Source: a phage. Taken from it: a DNA stretch of 64,000 nt. The position numbers and the translations under genes are program-made. The stretch lies in sequence record PX441839.1; one strand, written 5' to 3'. This document shows positions 17,069 through 25,819 of this stretch, piece after piece. The notes under the pieces are model-generated. The model did not search any database. It was given only the letters and a program-made list of their open reading frames with translations, and was not told where the DNA came from. How positions within the stretch are numbered: the first letter of the stretch is position 1; each line of letters begins with the position of its first letter.

Positions 17069-17659
17069 TTATGCAAGTTCGAAATAGCGATCACGAGCCA
17101 TTGAGTATCTCGGTTCTGCGATCCCAGTTCCGTAGACGTACCACCTTCCAGTGGTGGAGATTCTCCCACCATACGAACCGAGTTCAAGGTCTCCATACAT
17201 CAAGTCAAAACCGATGTCAGTGTCAATAACCTTTAATCGACCATCATTCAGTCCCAGTTGGTTGTAAAACAAATCTTTAGCCATGAAAGCCCACTCACAG
17301 GCTTCCATCTCTGCACTATCCTTGTCGTTTGTTCTTGCATAGGCAAATAGCTCCAACTTCAAGAAAATACTGTAATGAGTGTTGTCGCTCTCGCTTCGGA
17401 AGCAAGGCGTCAAAGCCATCAGCATCTCACCTGGGAATACCTCTCCGTCAATGTCCATCTGTAAGAAAGATTGTTCCGCAGATGCGACAAAGTAAGTTTC
17501 GTCGTGGTGTTTGTACCTAAAGTCAACACCTTCGACGGGTGCGGTATGTGACATCGCCTTATCACTCACACACATTGGGACTCGACAAGGGTCAAATCCC
17601 TTTTTCTTCCAATACTCTGTTGCCCATAAGATTGAATTCATACTTATTGAATGTTTCAT
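17069..17659 (-). CDS. hypothetical enzyme with class-II aaRS-like motifs (196 aa)
   Basis: CFRSE...F resembles class II motif 2 (fRxE) and YGTGIAEPR resembles motif 3 (GxGxGxxR); first gene of a translationally coupled three-gene unit. Confidence 0.5.
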   Translation of the reverse strand: MKHSISMNSILWATEYWKKKGFDPCRVPMCVSDKAMSHTAPVEGVDFRYKHHDETYFVASAEQSFLQMDIDGEVFPGEMLMALTPCFRSESDNTHYSIFLKLELFAYARTNDKDSAEMEACEWAFMAKDLFYNQLGLNDGRLKVIDTDIGFDLMYGDLELGSYGGRISTTGRWYVYGTGIAEPRYSMARDRYFELA

Positions 17660-18201
17660 TATTTCCTAGCTCCGCTCTCAAATGCCCTTTTTGTTACCTT
17701 TGCCATAGCTTCGAGGTCTTCCATTGTCACTGTTGGGTGATTTTTCTCAAGGTATCCCTTTATTGCCCCAATAATGTCACTAAGTTCTTGCAGGGCCATC
17801 AGTTTGACACCTTGTTTCTCAGCATCCATGAATTCCTGCACCTCTTCCATCACTTTCCCTGAGGTCCCGTATGCATGTTTTTCTATATCTACAAGGTGGT
17901 AGCCTGGTGACTTTTTACTTGGACTTACCTTATCTCTTACTTTTACCCAAAACACCCCATTTCGAGTGTCGGTGCTAACAACTGTTCGGATGTAGATCCA
18001 TTCCCCAAGCTCCTCCTTCACTTTGAATCTGTGCCCTGGTTCAATGGTATCCATATCGATAATCTCATCGTGACTAATTTCATCAATGACCGACACAAGT
18101 ACGTTGGGAAGCAGTTTGCATTCATTTTCCATCAGCGATGCTGAAAGCATCACCTCCAGGGCACTCATTTCCATACCTATCTCCTCTTTTAATTTTTCCA
18201 A
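17659..18201 (-). CDS. MazG-like all-alpha NTP pyrophosphohydrolase domain protein (180 aa)
   Basis: C-terminal EEVQEFMDAEKQG ... LQELSDIIGAI matches the MazG acidic helical pattern; start overlaps the downstream gene. Confidence 0.45.
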   Translation of the reverse strand: MEKLKEEIGMEMSALEVMLSASLMENECKLLPNVLVSVIDEISHDEIIDMDTIEPGHRFKVKEELGEWIYIRTVVSTDTRNGVFWVKVRDKVSPSKKSPGYHLVDIEKHAYGTSGKVMEEVQEFMDAEKQGVKLMALQELSDIIGAIKGYLEKNHPTVTMEDLEAMAKVTKRAFESGARK

Positions 18202-19304
18202 GCCATATCTTGAACCTTAAGAATAACTTCTTCTGCTAACTTCTTGTCTGAATTATACGGCAACGAAGTAGACTTGTAAAGGACATTTCGAACGTACTCG
18301 TCCTTTCCCTCTGCCCACTCAAGAATCTCATCGAGAGTCTTCGATCCATTTCGGATTGCCAATAATTCATCAGCATCTTCACGGAACACATTGACTTCCC
18401 CTGTTGTGAGGATCTCTTCCGCCATTCGCATCAGGCGAACAAGGTGCATAGCGTGTTTTGTGTCGTAACCGAATTTAACCTCCAATTCATGGCGTGTGGC
18501 ATTACGGTTTTTCTTCCAATTCCAATAGTTCTTGTGCTTTTCTTTTGCCTGTTTGTGTTCTTCCCGCATGTACTTAACAAAGAACAGCGGAGGCTGGCGC
18601 TTAATACTGTCTGGGATCTCTTCATACACAACCTTCCTGATAGAACCATCTGGATTGAACATAGGTGGAACATTGTCCCGATGGTCAGGAACAACAGCAA
18701 AATGATCTGCACCAAGTGGAATCATTGAACAAACCCCAACCATGTTATTCAGTTTCCTCATGAAGTCCTCGTGCTTGAGCACAGGAACAGACAAATAACT
18801 TTGCACAAGTCTGAAAAACTCCAACTGACTTGGTGCTTTTTCTGGTTGCGGGTTGTTAATCCACTTATCGTGACCTCGGATACGCTTAAGTTGGCTCATT
18901 GCATACCCGCTAAATCTGTGCGCCACGTTGGAATTCAAAAAGGTATGAGCATTGTCCCGAAGAATATCAAATTCCGGCGTTCTGTACAGGATCTCTTGGT
19001 CCCTAGTGAATAGGGTCTCAATGATGTTTGGGTTCATATCCAGAAACAAACTCATGAACGTATTCAATTCATAAACTTTACCATCCTCTGCTCCAGGGAT
19101 GTTTAGTTCAGTTACCTTCTTGAAGGGTGTCCGCACAACACCCGGTTTTGCAACAAAGATACCTCGGATATCTGTATCACTCGTCGGAAGAGATGTACCG
19201 TAAGCCTTCGATCCTGACAAGTTTAGCATGACCACTTTTGAAACGTCTGGATGCTTTTCCAGACTTGCTACCATACTTAATACCTCTCCATTCGGAACAC
19301 ACAT
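18189..19304 (-). CDS. Pol-beta-superfamily nucleotidyltransferase (about 371 aa)
   Basis: hG[GS] ... [DE]h[DE]h signature LSGSKAYGTSLPTSDTDIRGIF; ATG at 19304 preceded by GGAGGAGG RBS. Confidence 0.6.
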   Translation of the reverse strand: MCVPNGEVLSMVASLEKHPDVSKVVMLNLSGSKAYGTSLPTSDTDIRGIFVAKPGVVRTPFKKVTELNIPGAEDGKVYELNTFMSLFLDMNPNIIETLFTRDQEILYRTPEFDILRDNAHTFLNSNVAHRFSGYAMSQLKRIRGHDKWINNPQPEKAPSQLEFFRLVQSYLSVPVLKHEDFMRKLNNMVGVCSMIPLGADHFAVVPDHRDNVPPMFNPDGSIRKVVYEEIPDSIKRQPPLFFVKYMREEHKQAKEKHKNYWNWKKNRNATRHELEVKFGYDTKHAMHLVRLMRMAEEILTTGEVNVFREDADELLAIRNGSKTLDEILEWAEGKDEYVRNVLYKSTSLPYNSDKKLAEEVILKVQDMAWKN

Positions 19305-19400
19305 GTTTACCTCCTCCAATTCGACCATCGTATAAATCACAGAGGCCACACCCTCTGCTTTTTAATTTTTTATAGTTAGAACAGTTCTCGCAACTACGTG

Positions 19401-19766
19401 TCACCATAGGAAGTTGACACCATAAGAAATCAAGAGGATCAACATTGTAAAGCTGTATGCCAGGCTGTACAGAACTGTACCTACAGTTGAGTCTGGACTA
19501 CGTTGAGTAGCCATCACCTTAATCCAATGGTACACTGCACTTGACCAGTGGAGTACAACGATTGATGTCCCCAGTACAAAAGGTGCGGCACTATACAAAC
19601 TGTAGCTTAACCACATACCAAAAGCGCAGAACAGCGTCAGGATGAAAATTGCACCCGGTTTCATGTGTTTCCCAAACCCAGGTCCTGACTTACCTCCTAA
19701 CAGACAGGTTATGACACCAAGAAAAGACAGAGAGTTTAGAACCAAGAGTACATAAAATTGCCACAT
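19401..19766 (-). CDS. integral membrane protein (121 aa)
   Basis: Three to four hydrophobic helices. Confidence 0.5.
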   Translation of the reverse strand: MWQFYVLLVLNSLSFLGVITCLLGGKSGPGFGKHMKPGAIFILTLFCAFGMWLSYSLYSAAPFVLGTSIVVLHWSSAVYHWIKVMATQRSPDSTVGTVLYSLAYSFTMLILLISYGVNFLW

Positions 19767-20164
19767 TATAATTTCTCCTCATAAATATCAGTGATGAGGT
19801 CAGAGACCTCGAAAGACTCTAACTCTTCGACGTTGATCAGGCGCTTCAAGCGCTCAATAACGAAGTCCTTCTTCACAAACACATCGGACAAGTGAGCTAT
19901 GTCCTGCTTTCCACGAAGTCCACTCACCAACTGCTTGTACCGAATGTGTTCACTATACTCTTCCCTGTTCATGGTTGTCAACCGTTTATTGTCGGAAACT
20001 TTCAAAAATACCTTTCCACTGTCCCAGTCGAACCCATTGCTAATTCCGTCAACGCCTATGGTTGGTAATGCCCCGATTGTAATGTGTCCAACCTCAACAG
20101 GGATCACCACGTCGGCATCTGGATCACATTGCCACAGTAAATCTATAAGTTCACTTACCTTCAT
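19766..20164 (-). CDS. hypothetical protein (132 aa)
   Basis: Six-frame ORF abutting neighbours. Confidence 0.5.
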   Translation of the reverse strand: MKVSELIDLLWQCDPDADVVIPVEVGHITIGALPTIGVDGISNGFDWDSGKVFLKVSDNKRLTTMNREEYSEHIRYKQLVSGLRGKQDIAHLSDVFVKKDFVIERLKRLINVEELESFEVSDLITDIYEEKL

Positions 20165-20468
20165 TCAATTTCTCCAAAACAAAACCAACCAGTAGGTCAA
20201 TGATGGCGATAAATGCTGCTACAGTTCCCACTGCAATCAGGAACGGCAGTAGTGTAAGTATGGGTCCTGACATGAACCCTGCAAATGCCCCGATAAAAGA
20301 TCCAACTATCGCCATTTCGTATTTTCGAGACTTAGCTATCCCTTTTGTTACTCGGTGCAGAACAAATATCCAAATAACGATACCCATTGTTAACCACACA
20401 GGTGGGTACATTGCGTAGCTCTCTGCCCAAACACTGGCGACTTTTAAAAATTCCATCATATCACTCAC
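20151..20468 (-). CDS. integral membrane protein (105 aa)
   Basis: Multiple hydrophobic helices. Confidence 0.5.
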   Translation of the reverse strand: MSDMMEFLKVASVWAESYAMYPPVWLTMGIVIWIFVLHRVTKGIAKSRKYEMAIVGSFIGAFAGFMSGPILTLLPFLIAVGTVAAFIAIIDLLVGFVLEKLNEGK

Positions 20469-20937
20469 CCTTTAAGCGAAGCTTTTTAATATTCACCAAA
20501 AGCTCTCGCTCACCCTCTGTAAAGTAACGGGTATCCCCATCTTCCGTGAGGTATGTAAATGGGGCATTACCCTCCTCGTCAAGTTTAGAGGAATACATAT
20601 ACTCTGGCAGTACAATACAGGCCGCAGTTAATGCACCATTCAAAGCATCCTCTGTTTCCTGGAAAAAGGAAGATGGCAGGTGCTTGTTCTTGTCGAAGAT
20701 GTCGATAAGGTCGAATATCTTCTGCTGATAACCACCATTAAGTACGATGATTGTCTTATCTGTGGATGCCCACTGTTTTGCCATCCTCACAGCAGCATGG
20801 CCTTGGTTTACCGCAGAGTTGTACTTATGCATAAGTTCAACAATGGCGTGAGCAGACTGAATACCTGCATGGATACCTGCGATATACTGATTAACAACAC
20901 AATACATACGGGTTGACATATTTCTCTCCTTAATCAT
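20461..20937 (-). CDS. putative peptidyl-tRNA hydrolase, PTH2-like (158 aa)
   Basis: MYCVVNQYIAGIHAGIQSAHAIVEL and QW...KTIIVL follow the PTH2 pattern (M.LVVR...G.AAQ.SHA / W...K.VV); sits directly before the CCA enzyme. Confidence 0.45.
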   Translation of the reverse strand: MIKERNMSTRMYCVVNQYIAGIHAGIQSAHAIVELMHKYNSAVNQGHAAVRMAKQWASTDKTIIVLNGGYQQKIFDLIDIFDKNKHLPSSFFQETEDALNGALTAACIVLPEYMYSSKLDEEGNAPFTYLTEDGDTRYFTEGERELLVNIKKLRLKGE

Positions 20938-22243
20938 TTAACCATTTTGGTGTATATGCGTATTGCAAATTACGAATATTCTTTTCTGTAATATCTGACT
21001 TAGCTTTTAGGATACCTCTTGCAACATAGCCTACTTTCAGACTCTTTACCTTTTGCTGGATAACCTCTGGTCGTCCTTTGAACTCCTCTGCGATCTCTCT
21101 GCTCTTTTTAGATATCTCTGACCTGTTTCTTACCAACTCCGCAACAGCACCGAGCAAGATATAAGGTTGATCATAGGCATCGTGAATTTTTGTAGGCCCT
21201 CGTCCACGAGCATCGCAAATACACGCCTCTACAAATTTCATTATAAACTCTTGGTCTTTCTCACCTCTCAACCGAGAAATTAAATCATATACCTTTTTCG
21301 GCCTCATGTCCAACACCCTGTGAAGTCGGGTATGATCGTCACATACCCTCCAAGCAAGGTCCATCCATTTGTTTGGAACTCCGAACCTGTCTCCCAACGA
21401 TTTTACGTAACCAAGTCCCTCAAACTCATGACCTCGTAGATGACCATGATCCCAGTACATAACCTTTCCAAGATCGTGGCACAATACTGCCCATTTCACC
21501 TCCGGTGCTGACTTAAGCCCTTGTGCGTAGTCCAAGCAAAGAAGGGTGTGTACATAGGCATCTCCTTCTGGGTGGTGAGCCTCAGGTTGCTTAACCCCTT
21601 TAAGATTATTTACCTCTGGCATTTCTCCAAGTTCGCACAAGGTGTCTATCATTATTGACGGTTTGTTCAAAGAAGATTGGTCTTCAAAACACTTACGGAT
21701 CTCCGCCATTTTTCTTTCTTTTGGGAGAGCCGCAAGGTTTTCCTTTGCTCGGTGTGCCAAAAGAACAGTGCTTGCTGCAACTTGGAAAGTTCCACCGTAC
21801 CTGGCGAACAATCTTGCCAGTCGGTAAATTCGCAAAGGGTCATCTCGTAATGTGTCACGGGAGACATGTCTAAGGACTTTCCTTTCTATGTCCTTTGCCC
21901 CATTAAAAGGATCAACATATTCTCCGGTTTCCAAATCTTTTGCAATCGCATTTATAGTAAGATCTCGTCTCTTTAAGTCTTCTTCGATTGTTACATCTGG
22001 GCTGAAAACTACCTCAAAATCATGGTATCCTGCTCCAGTTGATCGTTCGGTACGTGCCAAGGCGTACTCTTCCTTGGTTTCTGGGTGAAGATAAACAGGG
22101 AATGCAGCACCAACTTGCTCAAACCCCATTTCAATCATGTCCTCGTGGGTATATCCAACACAAACATAATCCTTATCTTTTGGCTCCAGACCCATCAGTT
22201 CGTCACGGACGGCACCTCCAACCAAGTAGATCTTCTTATTCAC
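20930..22243 (-). CDS. cca: tRNA nucleotidyltransferase (CCA-adding enzyme) with HD domain
   Basis: N-terminal LVGGAVRDELMG ... DKDYV head-domain motifs and a C-terminal HD-type region; 437 aa. Confidence 0.8.
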   Translation of the reverse strand: MNKKIYLVGGAVRDELMGLEPKDKDYVCVGYTHEDMIEMGFEQVGAAFPVYLHPETKEEYALARTERSTGAGYHDFEVVFSPDVTIEEDLKRRDLTINAIAKDLETGEYVDPFNGAKDIERKVLRHVSRDTLRDDPLRIYRLARLFARYGGTFQVAASTVLLAHRAKENLAALPKERKMAEIRKCFEDQSSLNKPSIMIDTLCELGEMPEVNNLKGVKQPEAHHPEGDAYVHTLLCLDYAQGLKSAPEVKWAVLCHDLGKVMYWDHGHLRGHEFEGLGYVKSLGDRFGVPNKWMDLAWRVCDDHTRLHRVLDMRPKKVYDLISRLRGEKDQEFIMKFVEACICDARGRGPTKIHDAYDQPYILLGAVAELVRNRSEISKKSREIAEEFKGRPEVIQQKVKSLKVGYVARGILKAKSDITEKNIRNLQYAYTPKWLND

Positions 22244-22451
22244 TTTTGCCCCCTAACTCTATCTTGATAATTTCATTTCCGAAACGATTCTGAATCTCCC
22301 TGTCAGACCTAAACTCAAGGTGGTCTGGTTTGAACCTGACCTTTTTTGGACTGAACCCAACAATAGTGGCTTTCTTAAACTCTTTGTATCCTGCTTGCAT
22401 GTAGACTATCCGATCACCAACCTCTAATTCCTTCCCAAGGAAATCTTTCAT
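22236..22451 (-). CDS. hypothetical protein (71 aa)
   Basis: Six-frame ORF. Confidence 0.45.
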   Translation of the reverse strand: MKDFLGKELEVGDRIVYMQAGYKEFKKATIVGFSPKKVRFKPDHLEFRSDREIQNRFGNEIIKIELGGKSE

Positions 22452-22452
22452 A

Positions 22453-22674
22453 CTACTTCACCTCTCTCCAATTGGTCCATTCACCAAGGGACCAGTCCAA
22501 TGTCTCGCTGCTGTCAGCAGATACCCGAACAGCGATAGATTCTCCGTAATCTGCTTGGTCTGTCCCTTGGAATCGCATATTTCTCGCATCCCATGATGGA
22601 CTGTAAACTGCATTCATGAATTTCTGTGGGATCTGGCATCCTTCAAATAAGTAATCTCTAACCACATGACTCAT
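22453..22674 (-). CDS. hypothetical protein (73 aa)
   Basis: Six-frame ORF. Confidence 0.45.
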   Translation of the reverse strand: MSHVVRDYLFEGCQIPQKFMNAVYSPSWDARNMRFQGTDQADYGESIAVRVSADSSETLDWSLGEWTNWREVK

Positions 22675-23009
22675 ACTCTTTCTCCTCGTAAATTTACTGA
22701 CCAGCGGTCAATATCCTTTTCCCACTCCATTGTCAGCAGCGGCATCACCTTTTTCTTGTTACGGATGTAGTTTAGTATGTCTACCGGATGCTTGTCAACA
22801 AAAGAAACTTCATCTTCTTTGTCATAAGTGTAGGAAAGCATATTGGAGATCCTTGCATGTTCTTCACTACCTTTGTCACTGTCTATGGTAAGTATTTCAA
22901 AGCCGTCCCACTTACCTGGTAACACATGTGTCCTGACAGCCATCTCGTAACCCTGTAACTCTTTTGATCTTTTGCTAAAGACAGCCTTATAAATGATATA
23001 GTATTTCAT
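22671..23009 (-). CDS. hypothetical protein (112 aa)
   Basis: ATG at 23009 preceded by AGGAGG RBS and an extended -10 promoter. Confidence 0.5.
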   Translation of the reverse strand: MKYYIIYKAVFSKRSKELQGYEMAVRTHVLPGKWDGFEILTIDSDKGSEEHARISNMLSYTYDKEDEVSFVDKHPVDILNYIRNKKKVMPLLTMEWEKDIDRWSVNLRGERV

Positions 23010-23031
23010 GGAACCTCCTAGATGTGTTTCC

Positions 23032-23059
23032 ATTATACACAGTATCATTTTGTTTGCAA
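23032..23059 (-). promoter_or_regulatory. sigma70-type promoter with extended -10 (minus strand)
   Basis: Reverse complement reads TTGCAA, 16 bp, TG-TATAAT. Confidence 0.5.
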
Positions 23060-23065
23060 CAACAA

Positions 23066-23088
23066 AAAGGCCACCCGAAGGTGGCCTA
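23066..23088 (-). terminator. rho-independent terminator after the methyltransferase gene
   Basis: ggccaccttcgggtggcc followed by a T-run on the minus strand. Confidence 0.55.
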
Positions 23089-23091
23089 ATG

Positions 23092-23607
23092 TTAACTTTT
23101 TGGTTTTGCCCAGTAAAACGGCGATTCAAGCTCCAGTCTTCCTTTTGGGTCCCAGATAAAGTAGCAATACTCAGCACCATCTGTTTTTCCATCATCTGTA
23201 AAAGATGGACGCTTAGAGAGGGTGATTAAGTGGTCAACTGGGTATTCTCCCCAGAAGTCGAACCGCTTCATGCTTCCAAGAAACCCTGCTCGAAGGAGCA
23301 TTATAACAACATCTGCATCTTTGTGGGCCTTCTCTACAAACTCCTGAGCCAAAGAATACGGAGGGTTTGTTATGATACAATCCACACGATTATACTCTGT
23401 GGTGAGATAATCCACACCTTCCCTGATCTCTCCCCACGCAGATCCTATCGGCATGTGGTTATAAAAACGCCCAGAGGCACGACACGGTTCCATGTATGTC
23501 CAATCTTTTCTGATAGGTACGATACTCAAGAGTGCATCAACTGCCCACTCAGGGGTCTCATACAAATCAAAAGCTTTTCGTTCCCCTTTTGGCTTCAATG
23601 CGGCCAT
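23092..23607 (-). CDS. DNA methyltransferase, probably N6-adenine (NPPY motif)
   Basis: DCIITNPPYS motif IV; 171 aa. Confidence 0.7.
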   Translation of the reverse strand: MAALKPKGERKAFDLYETPEWAVDALLSIVPIRKDWTYMEPCRASGRFYNHMPIGSAWGEIREGVDYLTTEYNRVDCIITNPPYSLAQEFVEKAHKDADVVIMLLRAGFLGSMKRFDFWGEYPVDHLITLSKRPSFTDDGKTDGAEYCYFIWDPKGRLELESPFYWAKPKS

Positions 23608-24467
23608 TACACCTTCTCCTTCAAACGCCGCACAATTTCTTGACGGATATACTCAGGACTATCATGGATAGACAGATAATTTATATCAAAAGCTTTTGCA
23701 ATCTCAATAAGCTCACTGGGCGTATACTCATCAAAATCTTTTGTGCTTAGTTTACCAAGAGAAAAGGTCTTCTTCTTTCCGTTATCCAAAGTTATGTCGA
23801 ACTCATCTCCTTTGTCAATCTCTTGAGTTGGGAATGGGAAAATTATGCTATCCGAAGCTTTAACTTCCTTTTTGCCATCCCCTAGTCGCGATCTGGCATC
23901 CTCTGCATTGAGATATACCTCACCCGCATGATCAAACAGTCGGCTCAACTCCTCGTCTGTCAGAATTTCAGAGTACAAATCATGAAATTGATTCTTGAAC
24001 TCCCGTGCATAAAAATCAACACGGGTTTTGATATTCGCAGAATCACCGCCCAGAGATAGTTGTGCATTGTGGAACATCAGATAGCAACCATCCTCAATCA
24101 CCCGCTCATGACCACTAAGGAAAATATTCACCGCTGCACTGGCAACCTCACCCACAGCAACAGTTTTCACCTTGGCCTTGCTTGCCTTGATCGCAGAGGT
24201 GTACATACTTGCGATAGAAAGGTATCCACCAGGGGAGGTGATATAAATTGTAATTGTGTCATGCTCACCTGCGTTACGGATCAGGTCCACAGGTTCAATA
24301 TGATTGGCTGGGTGGTCCCCAAGCTCTGTTAAGTGAATGCGCCAATCGTGGCGCTCCTTGGAACGAGACCAAATCATCTTTACATTTTCCGGCAGTAACT
24401 GATCACCCATTATCAAACCCCCTTCTCTAAGTCTTCCCGAATCCGCTGTGCGTTTTGAAGAATCCAC
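23607..24467 (-). CDS. ClpP-like serine protease (S14 family) with N- and C-terminal extensions
   Basis: ITSPGG ... GEVASAA ... MFHNAQ resembles the ClpP INSPGG / GxAAS / MIHQP core; 286 aa. Confidence 0.5.
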   Translation of the reverse strand: MDSSKRTADSGRLREGGLIMGDQLLPENVKMIWSRSKERHDWRIHLTELGDHPANHIEPVDLIRNAGEHDTITIYITSPGGYLSIASMYTSAIKASKAKVKTVAVGEVASAAVNIFLSGHERVIEDGCYLMFHNAQLSLGGDSANIKTRVDFYAREFKNQFHDLYSEILTDEELSRLFDHAGEVYLNAEDARSRLGDGKKEVKASDSIIFPFPTQEIDKGDEFDITLDNGKKKTFSLGKLSTKDFDEYTPSELIEIAKAFDINYLSIHDSPEYIRQEIVRRLKEKV

Positions 24468-24997
24468 TCAATAACCATTGAACGATCAGAATCCACAATC
24501 ACTTCATGATGTCTTTTAAACATATCTAATACTCGACGGGCCTCAGCAGCGTAACGTGCGGCGCGGTCGAAGAACAAGAATTCCTCTTTGTCCGTATCTG
24601 TAATAGGGCAAAGGTCACTGGGTACATCAATAGCCACCAAGTGATCAACAAGTTCTTGCCGAGTAGTAAACATAAGATCAACCTCTTGGTCAATCGGCAG
24701 AGAAAGATCCATCAATTTGAAAAACCAACCCTTGTCTTCCTTTTGTTGTCTGCGGATACTTTTAATTTCAGACTTAATATGGCAGAACTTTATGTTTGCA
24801 AGGAGTTCAAGCTGGTCAGAATCAACTACCCCAGAGTTCTTCAATTCCATTAGCTTACGATGCTCAACTGTTGCATAAATACCTTGATCCACAAACTCCC
24901 CCTTAGAATCCGACAACGTAGTGAAACTTTCCATCAATCTCTTTGCTTTCATAGATAACGTAGTACCACCCATCTTTTCCCCCTGATACCCGATCAC
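24413..24997 (-). CDS. hypothetical protein (194 aa; start uncertain)
   Basis: Six-frame ORF. Confidence 0.45.
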   Translation of the reverse strand: MIGYQGEKMGGTTLSMKAKRLMESFTTLSDSKGEFVDQGIYATVEHRKLMELKNSGVVDSDQLELLANIKFCHIKSEIKSIRRQQKEDKGWFFKLMDLSLPIDQEVDLMFTTRQELVDHLVAIDVPSDLCPITDTDKEEFLFFDRAARYAAEARRVLDMFKRHHEVIVDSDRSMVIEWILQNAQRIREDLEKGV

Positions 24998-25202
24998 CCT
25001 GTTTCAATTCAACATCCGAAACATACTCAGTGGCTTCTCTGAAATATCGCCACTTAGTCATATCTTTGAACGATGCCAGTCTTTTGTTTGACCCATCCAC
25101 CGCAAATAGGCTCTGATTGGCCCACATGCCTACTTGAAACTTCCCATCCTTCCCTTTTGCCAAGGCATACACCGAGTTTAGTTGTTTACTGTCTACTGAC
25201 AT
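24903..25202 (-). CDS. hypothetical protein (99 aa)
   Basis: Six-frame ORF. Confidence 0.45.
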   Translation of the reverse strand: MSVDSKQLNSVYALAKGKDGKFQVGMWANQSLFAVDGSNKRLASFKDMTKWRYFREATEYVSDVELKQGDRVSGGKDGWYYVIYESKEIDGKFHYVVGF

Positions 25203-25809
25203 TTCTTCTTTCCTCCATACTTACCAAAAACTTTTCCAAGATAACCCTATTCTCTTTATGAAGGAGATTCAAAGTCCTAATTCCCTGCTTCTTTGCCAGA
25301 TTAACAGCAGTTGCAGTTCCACCTTTCGGATTTCCACCTTTTGTTTCTGGGGTGCAATATAACACAAATTTGCTCTGATTCAAGTAGGCGTTTCCCAAAT
25401 CCTTTCCGAACAGTTGGTGTACATTCCTCTCATGTAGTTTCCTAGCGCCTTGAGATAATCGCTCCCAACCACCATGCACCTCTTTCACCCAGTCCCATCT
25501 CATATCTGCATGACCTGGGTAAGCTCTGTCTAAGGTTTCTAAGGTTATGTCATAGATGTCTCGAAGTCCTTCCCCACCTTTGAACCCTTTCCAAGGGATG
25601 TATATTTCCGCCATAGTGCAACTCTGTTGCTTAAGGTGGCACTCTACATGATATTTCTGCATACCCCTTTGGAATGCCGCATCTGCACCTGCTGCTTTTC
25701 CTGATCGTAGAATAAAACCCATTCTTGCCAATCGATAACCAGCGTCCTCCATGACGCTGATAACCTCTGGCGGCGTTTCTCGACTTCCTATCCCGGTATA
25801 CGCAACCAT
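25186..25809 (-). CDS. DprA/Smf-like Rossmann-fold (SLOG-type) protein
   Basis: YTGIGSRETP ... RLARMGFILRSGKAAGADAAFQRG ... GGTATAV resembles the DprA/LOG-family pattern; 207 aa. Confidence 0.4.
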   Translation of the reverse strand: MVAYTGIGSRETPPEVISVMEDAGYRLARMGFILRSGKAAGADAAFQRGMQKYHVECHLKQQSCTMAEIYIPWKGFKGGEGLRDIYDITLETLDRAYPGHADMRWDWVKEVHGGWERLSQGARKLHERNVHQLFGKDLGNAYLNQSKFVLYCTPETKGGNPKGGTATAVNLAKKQGIRTLNLLHKENRVILEKFLVSMEERRNVSRQ

Positions 25810-25819
25810 TTAAACCCCC

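Noticed and set aside
19177-19407. Cys-rich 76-aa ORF on the minus strand
   Set aside because: It overlaps the N-terminal catalytic region of the nucleotidyltransferase by more than 120 nt in another frame; the NTase has a strong GGAGGAGG RBS at 19304.
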